A stretch of 64,000 bases of DNA from Squalus acanthias (lineage: Eukaryota): contig CM059433.1 of assembly GCA_030390025.1 (NCBI GenBank), positions 17,238,001-17,302,000 on the forward strand, in the 5' to 3' direction. The notes under the pieces are model-generated. The model saw only the letters and a list, made by a program, of their open reading frames with translations, ran no database searches and was not told where the DNA came from. Below, piece by piece: positions 13,169 through 24,859 of this stretch (position 1 is the stretch's first letter; each line of letters starts with the position of its first letter). The position numbers and the translations under genes were made by a program.

Positions 13169-13662
13169 AAAGTGAGAAGTCGCACAACACCAGGTTATAG
13201 TCCAACAGCTTTATTTGAAATCACAAGCTTTCGGAGCGCTGCTCCTTCTTCAGGTGAAGTGAAGAAATACAAATGGGCACAGCATAAATAGTCAGAGAAC
13301 AATGCCAGACGACTACAGTTAATCTTTCTAACTGCCCTTTATCACACCTCGGCAGAGAGACAATCACCGCAATCAAAGGTGTGGATGGTGTCCAACCAGG
13401 TCAGTCAGGAAGACATTACATCAAAGATGATAGCAAATTACAACAAAGACAATGAGGTGGGGTCACAAGGGGTCTAATGTGGCAGATGCTGCAGTCTGTA
13501 TGGAAAACCAAAAACTTTAAACTTTTTACTTTTTTTGCTGGAAATCACAGCAGGTCCGGCCGCGTCTGTGAACAAGCCAACGACGACTCGAGTCTGGATG
13601 ACTCTATGTCAGGTGGGGTTACATGTAGCATGACATGAACCCAAGATCCCGGTTGAGGCCGT
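13169..13662 (-). mobile_element. Penelope-like element 3' fragment (family B) with 14-bp TSD
   Basis: Direct repeat CCATTCTCCAGCCA at 13155-13168 and 13663-13676. Begins with the PLE GIY-YIG C-terminus DGLNRDLGFMSCYM*. Confidence 0.85.
13221..13257 (-). ncRNA. Minimal type I hammerhead ribozyme (PLE family B)
   Basis: Minus strand TCAC-CTGAAGA-A-GGAGC(agc)GCTCC-GAAA-GCTT-GTGA. Stem I TCAC/GTGA, 5-bp stem II, palindromic AAGCTT at stem III. Confidence 0.78.
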
Positions 13663-14039
13663 CCATTCTCCAGCCAGGCTGCATTTCAGTGCATAGGCAA
13701 TGGAACTTCTCTTGCATTTCTCTCAATGAGGGATTCAAAATTATGATAATTACCAAGTGCACCATTTCCATGTTCAGCACTGAAGTAATTGAATGCCCCT
13801 TTACATTGGCTGCTACATTGAAGGCACTTTCAGCCATTTTGGATATTGCTTTCTTAAAGGGGACCACCAATTATTAGTTGTAGAAATCTGTTGGGTTGCC
13901 ATTCTTGCTCACATTTTTTTGTATTGTTTTCATTGTATTCGCTGCTGGTTTAGCTCATGGCCTCATTTTAGCATTTTAATATTTTTTTTATCTGCTCTCA
14001 GCTGTGGCTTGTTGAGAGCTGCATTCGAAGCTGCCACAA

Positions 14040-14250
14040 TCAAAGCTCTGTGTACACCTCTGTTTTTTCTTGCTTTGGAGGAGGAAGCGGTATGTTTACG
14101 CCTGAGGCAGTCTTGCTATCCTCACCCTCACCCCACCACCTATGTCTACAGACCAAGATGCACTTGCCTAGACATGTCTGAGGAGATCTGCCTTCACTGC
14201 TTACACTTCAATGGGGAGGCAATTGTAGAAATACAAGATACACTATTCCT
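14040..14250 (+). pseudogene. Decayed Harbinger transposase N-terminal fragment
   Basis: YVYRPRCTCLDMSEEICLHCLHF resembles RVFREQFSYIHLSEEQCFRRLCF in the adjacent element. Confidence 0.5.
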
Positions 14251-14439
14251 CATCGTCTGGCAATACCCGGTTTCCAGGCACGGGAAAAAGGAGGCAGAGA
14301 TCCACTACGTCGGGTTTCCGCAGCTCCTTGCATTGCTTCAGGATCTCTGGTGTTTTCCTAAATGGGCGTCACATGGGCTGTTGTAGATAGCAAGGACGTT
14401 GAAGTGCGTTCCTCACATATAGAGATAAAAGAAGATCAT

Positions 14440-15239
14440 GGGGGAAAAATTTGGTTGGTTAGCGCCTCCCATTAACGCCTCCGGGGGGCGCTAGGAACTT
14501 AGCGCCCGAGCGCAGCGATTTTAGCGCCGCTCGCAAAATTGACCAGTCGTTTTGCACCGGCACTAAACACTACCGCCACGATCTCCTGCGCCCGCAGATC
14601 GTGACGTCATTCGAGCGTGCAACGCCCCGGTAGCGCCCTGGACCGGAAATTGAGTTGCGCCTTACCGCCTGCTGCTAGGAACGACAGGTAGGGGGGAACA
14701 TTTTTAAGTCGGGAAGAGGCTGGGGGAGCGCTATTTAAAGGCGGGCGCTTCCTGCCATTTCTTGTCGCCGAAATTTTTTGGAACACGCAGGTTGAGAGGG
14801 AGAGAGACGTCTGGAGAGATTGGACGCTGTCTGAAGGAGTTTTGGGTCCTGAGCACCACTTTTGAGGTTAATTTTTATTTCACCTTCATATTTACCATAT
14901 TTAGAAGCTTCTATGGGGGCTGCACTAACTCGGGGCGTCGTCATCCTCCAGCTTCACATTCGGAGGCAGCAGAGGAGCAGAGAGAGAGCGGCAAACGTGG
15001 CCAGAGGGAGGAGGGCCAACAGGCCTCTGCACAGGAGACCTTACCCTCCCAGGGTATTCCGGGAGCAATTCTCCTACATTCATTTGTCTGAGGAGCAGTG
15101 TTTCCGAAGGCTGTGCTTCAGCAAGGAGTTGGTCACTGAGCTCTGCCACCTCCTGCAACCAGATCTGCAGCCTCAGCTCCGGACCAGGACGTCTCTGTCG
15201 GTGGCAGTGAAGGTGGCGGTGGCCCCAATTTTTCCCCCC
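14440..15239 (+). mobile_element. Internally deleted Harbinger element retaining promoter and transposase 5' end
   Basis: TIRs GGGGGAAAAATT / AATTTTTCCCCC, TSD CAT. ATG at 14913 opens ...RRPYPPRVFREQFSY...LSVAVKVAVA, which is cut at the right TIR. Confidence 0.85.
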
Positions 15240-15519
15240 CATATGTTTAAATATCGCACCCATTCAATCAAAACTTAGGTTGTTGATTATCGTATGCCTG
15301 TATGTCAGTGAATGAATAATGAGTGAATAGAAGGGGAGAATGAAGATTAAACAAAGGATGGTACTAGTCTTGAGCATGGGTTGTTAGCAGCAAAAATGAA
15401 ATCTTTTCATTGTGCAGCCTTGGTTTAACGGCGAGCAGCTGCCTTTTAAGAACTGCTGACTTGCCCATGCTCCTAGCTCGCTCCCTGTGCCTAAACCAAT
15501 AGGCACAGGGAGCCTATTA

Positions 15520-17400
15520 GAAATATTACGAACATACGAAAATGACGGACAGAAAGAAACCAACTGGTCCATCGAGCTTAACCCATATAGTTGTGATGTC
15601 TTATGCAACACGATATAGACACTCCCTACCAACCATGAGCCATGTAATCTCCTGGGAGAGGTTTAAAAAAGCAGGTGAAAACCCAAGCCAATTAGGGAAA
15701 ACAAATCTGGAAAATTCCTCTCTGACCCCTTCAAGCAATCGAAGCTAGTTCAGGAGACGACATTGCCCCTGATTTATGGTCCTGGGTACGATGTGATCTC
15801 AGCCCCAGACAGATACAGGTACAGCTCTCTCTTGAAAGAATACAACAAATCAGTGTTCACTGCATGGGCAGTTCCACAGGTCCACTTTTCTCTGGGAAAA
15901 GAAGAACTGCCTAACATCCAACCTAGTTCTGCCTTTACATCATTTATAAGCGTGACCCATGGTCCTCAATAACCTATCCAGTTGAAATCATTTCTCCACG
16001 TAAACACAATCTAGTCCCTACATTATTTTATGAAGCTTGATCAAATAGCCCCCGAGTCTACGCTTCCCTGAAGTATGCAGATCTAGCTTTTTGAGCCGAT
16101 CTGGGTATCTAAGGCGTTTAAACTGGGAATTAATCTTGTGGTTCTCTTCTGCATTCGTTCCCATGTGAGGAAACCAAAACTGGACACATTATTCTAACTG
16201 ATGCCTAACCAAAGTCCTGTACAAGGAAAAAAATGATGTGCTTTGTTTCGTAGTGAATTGTCCTGTGAATGTAACCTCTGATTGTTTAGCTATAGACTCA
16301 CGGCATTGGTCATGAATCCTCAGAGAGTGATGCACCATAACACCCAGTTATCTTTCACCACTGGCTTCACTTCTGTTCCCTGTAGAGTGTATGTATATTT
16401 AACATTAGACCTGCCCACAATTAAAATACTACACTTTTCTAAGTTAAACATCATTTGCCAAAAAACTTTGTGATCTACTTACAGTAGTTGAGCATCGTCT
16501 ACAACCCTAACACTTGCACAAAGCTTGGTGTGGTCTGCAAACTTGTGGATCATTCCCCACAACAACAACTACAACTTGCATTTATATAGCGCCTTTAACA
16601 TAGTAAAATAACAGGACCGTTATCAAACAACATTTGACACCGAGCCACATAAGGAGATATTAGGACAGGTGACCAAAAGCTTGGTAAAAAGGTAGGTTTT
16701 AAGGAGCGACTTAAAGGGTGAGAGAAAGGTCGAGAGGCGGAGAGGTTTAGGGAGGGAATTCCAGAGTTTAGGGCCTAGACAGCTGAAGGCATGGCCACCA
16801 ATGGTGGTGCAATGAAAACCTACATCTAGGTCATTAATGAAGATAGTAAAGAGCAAAGGTCCCAACACCAGTCGCTGCGGGACACCACTGGTAAACCGAT
16901 CTACAAGCAGATCCAAACCCATTGATTACACTTTCGGCCGATGGGCATTCAGCCAGTTCTCAATCCACCGCAGCAGATTACCACTAATTCTGCAAGATTA
17001 TATCTCGTAGAGAAGCCTCTTGTGAGGTACCTTATCAAAGGCTTTATGAAAGTCCAGGTGGACAATGTCTACCAGGTTACCTTCATCCACTAACCTGGTG
17101 AATTCATCAAATCATTCAGTCAAATTTGTAAGACACGACCTTCTTTTCTGGGAGTCGTGTTGGGTGGCCCTGATGAGGCCTTCTCTATGTAAATGGTCAG
17201 ATAGGGCATTGCTAATGGTTCTTTTGACCCATCTTACCGATTACTGAAGTCAAGCTAATGGGACTATAGTTACCCAGCTCTGCCTTATGATCCTTTTTAA
17301 AAACTGGAACAATGTTAGCATCCTTCCAGTCTGCGGGAACAGTCCCGACTCTGGAGAGCTATTAAAGATACGAGCATCTTTCCCATTTCTTTAAATGACC
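15520..17400 (-). mobile_element. Decayed CR1 LINE interrupted by an L2 3' end (about 16561-16815)
   Basis: SGVPQRLVLGPLLFTIFINDLDVG fused in the ORF track to L2 AFSCLGPKLWNSLP; (AAC)n tail at 16561. Confidence 0.8.
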
Positions 17401-17819
17401 CGAAGGTCAGCCATGGATGTTACTTGCATTAGGCGCACAATGTATTGCGGCCCCACTGGCATTGGGATGGGACCGCATAATTTGTCCGAATAAATTATTT
17501 TATTTATTTTCATGGTATGAATGGTACAGAGTGCGCAGACGAACAAATTGGAATAACTTCTTTAAGTAGCAGTTTATTAGTACTTGTCTTGTTTGAGTTG
17601 GATTATTATAATTTTGTTTCTAGAGCAATTTGTGGTTTACCAACATGGCTATGCAGTCAAACCCATATCATATAAAAGGTGGTATCCAATTCCTTACATT
17701 GCAAATGTTTTCATCGTGAAAGGTTTATCTTTGTATTTGGAGTGCTGCTTTGCCTTGAATCGTGCCAGTGCACCGCCTTAAATGTGCTGTGACAGTAACT
17801 ATTACCACGTCTGGAGAAC

Positions 17820-18500
17820 ATAGAGCATGGAATAAAGAAAGGCTATTTGACTCAACAAACCCACTCCTTCCACAAATCATATACAACCGGTTTTATAGTT
17901 GTCCCAACTCAACCCATTTGATCTGTTGAGGAAAGGTCTTCAAAAGTTCTCTGTATACTGCCAAAATTAGTCAAGTAAAACTCGAGGCTGTATCTTGTGT
18001 TAAATCCTTCATCCTTACCCAGTTGTCTTCCTTGGCCCGGATATTTCTACAGTCACAGCACCTCAAATACCATCCTGTTCCACATAGCATTCAATCATCT
18101 CTCTGAACTTAATCCTTAAAAGCCTCAATCCTAATGAGCATTTCATCCAACTCTTTTTGAAAGGTATTAATCAATTCAGCATTGGCCACTTTATCTGGGA
18201 GTCTACTCCACACATCCACTACTCCAGGGACGGGAGGCAGGGGAAATCCCTTCTAATCTCAAGCTTTGTTTAAGCTTTATTAATGTTGTGCTTATATTCT
18301 CTGGTTGAACACTCACAAACCAAATTACATAAAAGCTTGCGTCAACATTATCCTTTTTTGCAGCATTTTAAAAACATGAATGATGCATCTTCTCGATCTT
18401 CTTTTCTGCAAAAAAAAGGTTCTGTTCTGTGAGTCTTTCTTCCTAATTAACTGTTATTCACATTCCACAAGCGTAGTGTTGGAACCTGGACATTTAACCT
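17820..18500 (-). mobile_element. Old CR1 3' fragment
   Basis: Degenerate similarity to the CR1 3' ends elsewhere in the window. Confidence 0.45.
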
Positions 18501-19122
18501 CTGTCAATGTTCACACTTCCGTGCTCCAGGGCTGCTTCTCGGGGTCATCCAGTGCCTATTCAATCATTTCAATATTTTCAATTTTTTTTGCACCTTTCAT
18601 TTTTACTTAAATCTCTTTTATAATTTATTCCAATTAGATGTCTTTATTCCATATGATTTACTTCTTTTCTTTTAAAAAAAAAACTCTGCTTCATATATTT
18701 TGATTTTTTTCTCCTAGCTATTGTCTTTTTACGCATTACTTCTTGTTTTACTTTAAATCCAGGACTGGAACACATAAACCAGCCTGACACTCCAGCACAA
18801 TGCTGAAGGAATGACGCAGTATTGAAACAACCACTTTTATTCAGCCACAAAGGTGGTTTCATCAAGACCAGGCCACAAGGCCAGAACATCACTGTCAGCT
18901 GTAACATCAAATGTACATTTTCTCAGGGAACAAAAAGGCATGACAATTATCATATAAAAATCTCCATTTATTTGACCTGCATTACATGAACTAAACCACA
19001 CAAACCAGGTTACAGCTCCATTTTCTAACCAATTTCCCTCAACACAACTTCAGTAAACTTCAATATTTTGCTTTACAGTTCCTTCTATTGTTCCCTTCAA
19101 GGTTGGAGGTACAAAATACAAT

Positions 19123-19890
19123 GGACCGGATTTTCTCTCAGTGGAACGGTGCCAGCCGTTCATTACACTTACACTTGCCCACAGACTTTCTATGGGATTT
19201 TGCGCTGGAGTTTACTGTAAATTAGAGAGCCAAAATGGTGTGGCGCCCTCTACAGGGGATCTGGGACCTGTGTGAGCAGGAGAAGCAACTGTGTATCCCC
19301 TTAACCAATCAGATTAAAGAATGGTTAATGAGGAGCGCTGATTCTGAACCAGGAAGTGTCAGTTAGAATAGTGATTTCAATGTCAAATCAGGTACAGAAA
19401 GCAAAATAAAGAGAGGGAACGAAAGATTGGATTAAGAGACAGCAATAAAAAAGACAGAAAGAAAAAGTTAAAAAAAAATTATTTCAATTTTAAAATCTCC
19501 AACATTAATTAAAATCTGAAGGAATGAGACTCCACACTTGTAAAAGTTAATTTTCAGTGGTAGAGAGGTTGTTTGGCAGTAATTAAGACTTACCACACCA
19601 TTAAAAGAGTACTTACTCTAGAATGGACAAGCCCTAACTTTTTCTGACGTGTTTAGTGGATATCTATCACGTAAGTACAGCAGCTTCACGCCGTTCCATG
19701 TGTTTGAATGCCAAGTCTCTCATCGAGATACTGTTATAGCGAAGCTTCTGGAGGAACAGGGCAACGCGGACAGCAATTTCCTGATTTCTGCGCTTAACTA
19801 CGCATGTGTGGTCACCGGACTTTGCTGTCCAATTTACACTTCAATAACGGTGAGCACTGTTAGCCTCACTATTATTTCTACAGCAAAATA
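19123..19890. mobile_element. Probable non-autonomous DNA element (Harbinger-type TIR)
   Basis: Left end GGACCGGATTTT resembles the GGGCTGGATTTT TIR family; right end decayed (GCAAAAT). Confidence 0.5.
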
Positions 19891-20448
19891 TTTTTTTAGC
19901 ACAAATAATATAAGTTGCAATTCATTTCAAAAGTTTTCTTGAGACTCAATACATAGCCCCCCTATGTACAACATCAAGTAAGCAGATTGTTCCATCTGTT
20001 AAGGGTTTGATTTTTTTGTTGTACTCAGGGCCATGAATATTCAACTTAAGAAACGATTAAACTTGTTCCTTCTTTACTACCCAACCTCCTCAGTTATGAT
20101 ATGTTGTTGATTCATGGACATGATATTTTAAGCCAATCAGGTGCAAGTGTGACACATACTTTGCATATGAGGTGTGACACCTGAGGTATGACGGATGCAG
20201 GTTTCTCTTGTCACAGCGTCGAGAAAATTTCTGTTTCATTCCATCAGTCTGAGCTAGATCTGATCTCTTTCGCTATCTGTCCATATCTATACCTATTTAA
20301 GAACAGTTTCCATTTTATTGAGCAACGTGTGTAAATACTGCCAGTGTTGGCATGAAATTGGTGGCATGAGCTGACGGTATTGGCAGCTGCAGGAACATTG
20401 AAACTGGGTGTTTCCTCCAATGGAGGAAAGCAGCAGAACTGAAACTTA

Positions 20449-20893
20449 AATAACAACAGAAAATGCTGGAAACACTCAGCAGGTCAGGCAGCATCCGTGA
20501 AGAGAGAGAAACAGAGTTAACGTTTCAGGTCTGTGACCCTTCATCAGAACTGGAAACAGTTAGAGATGTAACCGGTTTTAAGCAGGTGCAGAGGCGGAGG
20601 GAAGGTGAGGAAAGAATAAAAGGGACGGTCTGTGACAGGATGGAAGGCAGGAGAGATTAAATGTTGCAAATGGTTATGGCAGAATCAGCAACAGCTGCTC
20701 CCTGAAAAAATAGGGGCAGAAGTTATAGTCTGAAATTGTTGAACTCAATGATGAGTCCAGAAGGCTGTAAAGTGCCTAATCGAAAGATGAGGTGCTGTTC
20801 CTCGAGCTTACGTTGAGCTTCATTGGAACAGTGTCAGAGGCCGAGGTCAGATTGGGAGTGGAGCGGAGAATTAAAGTGACAGGCGACCGGAAG
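20449..20893 (-). mobile_element. Penelope-like element 3' fragment (family A) with GIY-YIG C-terminus
   Basis: Minus-strand LPVACHFNSP...RKLEEQHLIFRLGTLQPSGL.IEFNNF*. TSD CTGAAACTTA at 20439-20448 and 20894-20903. Confidence 0.9.
20515..20551 (-). ncRNA. Minimal type I hammerhead ribozyme (PLE family A)
   Basis: AGTT-CTGATGA-A-GGGTC(aca)GACCT-GAAA-CGTT-AACT, downstream of the GIY-YIG stop codon. Confidence 0.78.
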
Positions 20894-22051
20894 CTGAAAC
20901 TTAGGTGCTCTCACAACAATTGAGCAAGCACTACAGATTTTTCCCGTGGAAAAACAAAGCATTGTTATCCTGGATGATTTGAGATGCTTAGCAGATTTGG
21001 ATCATTGTGTTGAACTTTGAGGTACATTGAGTTAAAATACTACTGCTTCACTTCCACCTGATTCAGATCTAGCCCGGATAGATGGGATGCAACAGAAATC
21101 AGATGGCTGGTAGTATTCCCAAGTTCAAATAAGTTTGCACGGTCGCAACATTTTTGCATAAGCTTTGTTTTCAGTGCAATTCTGTACCTGATCGATGGAG
21201 TACAAATTGCCTTTCAAATCATATATTTGGTACAGAGGCCTAATGTATCCACATTACAGAAGAAGGATTAAAGTAAGTAATTGGGAATCATTACCAACGA
21301 ATGCCAATTTGGTTGTAATATTTTTAAAGGCCCAAAATAAGTGGTGTTATTGATTATTAAGCTGCATCATATTGCAGCTGCATTTTTTAAAGTAAAATTC
21401 AAAAACATAACACTTCCTGTTTATTTTATGGCAATTTCACAAAGGGGGAAATGGAGGTTGCAGAGAGTGAGTGCCTGTTTGTTACTCAAATAATGCAATT
21501 AATGAGCTGCAGTTGCATTTGAACATCCATAATTTGTGGATTGTTTATATGTTATGCAAAATCAGTGCAAAGGAAAAACTTTTCTGTATGTTTACATTTT
21601 TTTTTAGAGTTGAATAAAATAACAGTTGAAATACTTCAAAATGATGCAAACTGCATATTTCATGTACACATAGTTGAAAAGTCAGCTTGATTGTGGGTTC
21701 AGCGTGGGAAAAGCGCGTAAGCATATCTTGCTCATGTTGGCCGGAATTTTAATCCTTTAGCGGGTTGGGAGCCGGAGGGCAGAACAGGCTCGAGGGGCTG
21801 AATGGCCTACTCCTGTTCCGATGTTCCTAGATTTGCCCTGGAGAAGGTGGTGGTGAACCTTCTTCTTGAACCGCTGCAGTCCGTGTGGTGAAGGTACGTC
21901 CACAATGCTGTTAGGTAGGAAGTTACAGGATTTTGACCCAGTGACGATGAAGGAACGGTGATATGTCTCCAAGTCGGGGTGATGTGTGACTTGATGGGAA
22001 ACTTGGAGGTGATGGTGATCGCATGCACCTGTTGCTCTTGTCCTTCTAGGT

Positions 22052-22731
22052 CAGTGCTTTTTGGTTGAAGGACCCCTTTTCAAATCGATTAGTAATCACG
22101 GACTCCCAAAGGACCCTTTTTCAAATCGATTAGTAATCACAGACTTCCGAAAGACCCCTTTTCAAATCAATTAGCAATCACGGACCCTCCCATCTAAATT
22201 ATAATACTATATAATACTCATAATATGAAAGTGCTGCATGTAAAGAGTGTTTTAATATTGCTTTAAAAAAAACAGGCATTTACTTACAGATATCAGTGAG
22301 ATGGGTGTGTCTGCTTCTCACACCAATTCTGGGTAGTCCGCAGAAACAGACGGCCACTATTAGCCACTTAGTGCTGGACAATTTTTAAAGCCGTCAGCGG
22401 GCTGGCCAAGGTGATTGAGGGCACGAGCATCCATGCACATGCTGGGATGCTGCTGGAAGCCTGACTCACCGCCATACTGTCCCACTGGCGAGTTCAGTAT
22501 CGAGTTTGAAAGGCCCCGCAGGCGCTCTGATCACGTATCGGGAGGATGGCACAGGGTCGCGGCACATGCACAAAGTACAGACCTGGACCCACAGCCCATC
22601 AGAGGGGCACCGTTTGCGCGCGATAATTTTCTGGTTACAAAGCCCTGGCACGCGCTGCCCCCACAATAATAGAACCCTTGGAGCGCGCCACCCCTCCGCC
22701 CCCCCCCCTCTCCCCAGTTTGAGAAACACTG
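22052..22731 (-). mobile_element. Non-autonomous hAT-Charlie/Buster element
   Basis: Ends CAGTG... / ...TTTGAGAAACACTG. 8-bp TSD TTCTAGGT/TTGTAGGT. Minus-strand EKQTHPSH* (about 22296-22322) matches Charlie transposase C-termini. Confidence 0.8.
22067..22188. repeat. Three copies of a roughly 41-bp subterminal tandem repeat
   Basis: GACCC(C/T)TTTTCAAATC(G/A)ATTAG(T/C)AATCAC three times. Confidence 0.9.
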
Positions 22732-23863
22732 TTGTAGGTGGTGGAGGTCGTGGGTTTGGGAGGTGTTGTCGATGACGATCTCCCTTAAAAATGCATTTTC
22801 AGTACTCTAAATAGAATACACTACCTGCAAATGTAACTCCTAGTTTTCCTATGCTTTGACCCATTTAACAGACTATTAGAAATAATAATGTCCTTTCTCT
22901 TTCCTTCACTTCTTTCCTGAGGGTGGAAACTCATGCTGGAGTATGGCTCCAGAGCAGACAGCAGCCCTCATCCAAATGACCATTCTTCATGTGAATATAA
23001 ATAGAAGATTTAATTGTTTTGGTGGGGGCTGGGGGGTGGGGTCTGCCTCAGATTATCTATCGATTCTTTCTTGTTAGTCACACCATACACAGCTTAATAT
23101 TTTTTTTTGCAAGATACAGGAGTGTTGCAAAAGGACCGCTTCAGATGCAATTGTTCCATAGAATTACTCCGTGACATCTTACTGCTTAGATGTTATTCAG
23201 TTTAGTCAGTTTGACATTTTGGTGCAGTACAAACAGGCTGAGCGATTCATTCTATGTAATAGATAACCGATGTATTGCTACTGACCTGATGTAATTATGA
23301 CAGATACAAATGCTCTTTGTTTCAGTATATTTTCAAAGGACATTGAATAATATTTTTATGTTCAACTTTATAGGAGCTAGTAGTGAGTCAGGTAGTTTAC
23401 AGGTAGTTTAGAGTCAGCAGAGAGACTGAGCCAGATCTGACTCCATGGTAACATTTTACCACATAAAAAGTGAGTGACCATATTTCAAGGATAATTTCAA
23501 GTTAATGTAGGAGAAGCAGCTTTCTTCTTTTGACAGTTAGAGCAGGATGGTAAAGTTTGCAGATTGCTGGAAACTTACTGTTTGTACTGAGTACTGTTTA
23601 TTTACCTGTTCAATCCGCATACTAAAGGTAAGAAGGTCATGTGTTGAACCATGATGTATTCCAGTGGAATGAAATGGCAAAGGTTCTCTCTTTGAGCCCA
23701 GGGTCTTGCTACATTAACCTAGGTATTGGGCAAATAGAAACACACGCTGGTTCATAGGCTGCTTATAGGAGTCATCACTGATGCTGAACTCAACTGGCAT
23801 ATCTAACGTAAAAACCCCAAAATGTACTGGGGCATCGTGGTCGATGAAAAGTTAAGCATTTTT

Positions 23864-24387
23864 GGGGGGAAAATTCGGTTGCTTTGCGCCTCCTGTTAGC
23901 GCCCCTAAGATCTTCGGTAGCGCCCCCTGACTTACCGCCGGACAATATGTCCGACGGGGTCAGGGGGGCCTACCTGCGGCCGGGGTGGCGCTATTTAAAG
24001 GCGAGGTGCCAAGCGGCCATTTTTGTTGCTGGCTGCCTGCCAGCACCTGCCTCCACTGCCGTCCCCGACCACCTGACCCGCCCCCCCCCCGCAGGCGTGC
24101 CGGCTGCGCTCCATGAGTCCGGCACTTCTCTTGAGTGCCGGGCTCTTTTGCCGGCACTCCAATCCCCGGTGGCCCAGCTGGGCCCCGGGTCGCGCTGCGC
24201 AAGGCCCCTCCCCTTTAAGAAGGGGAGGAAGGCCTGCAATACGGCAGCACGTAGCGCCGCGATATTCCCTCGCAGCGCCCCAAGAGGGAGGCGGGGCGCT
24301 ACCACTCAATTTCGGCTGCGGGGGCACTAATTTTTCCGGGGCGCGAAGTTAGCGCCCCAAAAGGGTGCGCGACTCAATTTTTCCCCC
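23864..24387 (+). mobile_element. GC-rich Harbinger-type MITE
   Basis: TIRs GGGGGGAAAATT / AATTTTTCCCCC, TSD TTT; inverted homologue at 30134-30894. Confidence 0.85.
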
Positions 24388-24859
24388 TTTATCTTTGTTA
24401 GATTATCCATTGATTGTTGTTGGTCACAGCCTACACAGGCTTAATAATCCTTACCTAACGTCTAAACATATGCACTCACACTTGCACACACGCACTTTCC
24501 AATATACTTCACTGGTTAGTAACTGGTTTGTGACCACCTTTTCTCAATTTATTGCAGGATCTCTGTTATCACCTCAGATGATGTTAGCGAACCCATCAGA
24601 GCCAAAGAATCAAACCTGTGGCATTCCTGGTGTGTTTGGCTGAGTACCAAACACATAGTACATACAACCACCGCTCTGTTTTTTGCAGTCATGGAAACCA
24701 ATAGCAGCAGCTGTTAGAGAACCTCCGGCTACGAGGGACTCTGTCTCAGCTCGGAATTCCACAAAATATCCCCGTATACAGACCATGTTGTGTTATTTCT
24801 AATTCTAGAAGTTCTGCTGACTAATTCCTGTATTTAGTTGATCATTAGAGTCGGGTTGT

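Larger units (their letters stand above)
21775..22775. mobile_element. LINE 3' fragments hosting a hAT insertion
   Basis: Short plus-strand CR1 tail, then a minus-strand LINE end that continues across the insertion and shares its tail with the SINE at 42225-42599. Confidence 0.6.

Noticed and set aside
20225..21020. Possible exon or pseudogene flanking the PLE insertion
   Set aside because: In-frame stops remain after removing the insert, and I recognise no family.
23884..24352. Cluster of ORFs or a CpG-island gene promoter
   Set aside because: Lies wholly inside a TIR/TSD-bounded MITE repeated elsewhere; the same applies to 30166-30815 and 37586-38944.
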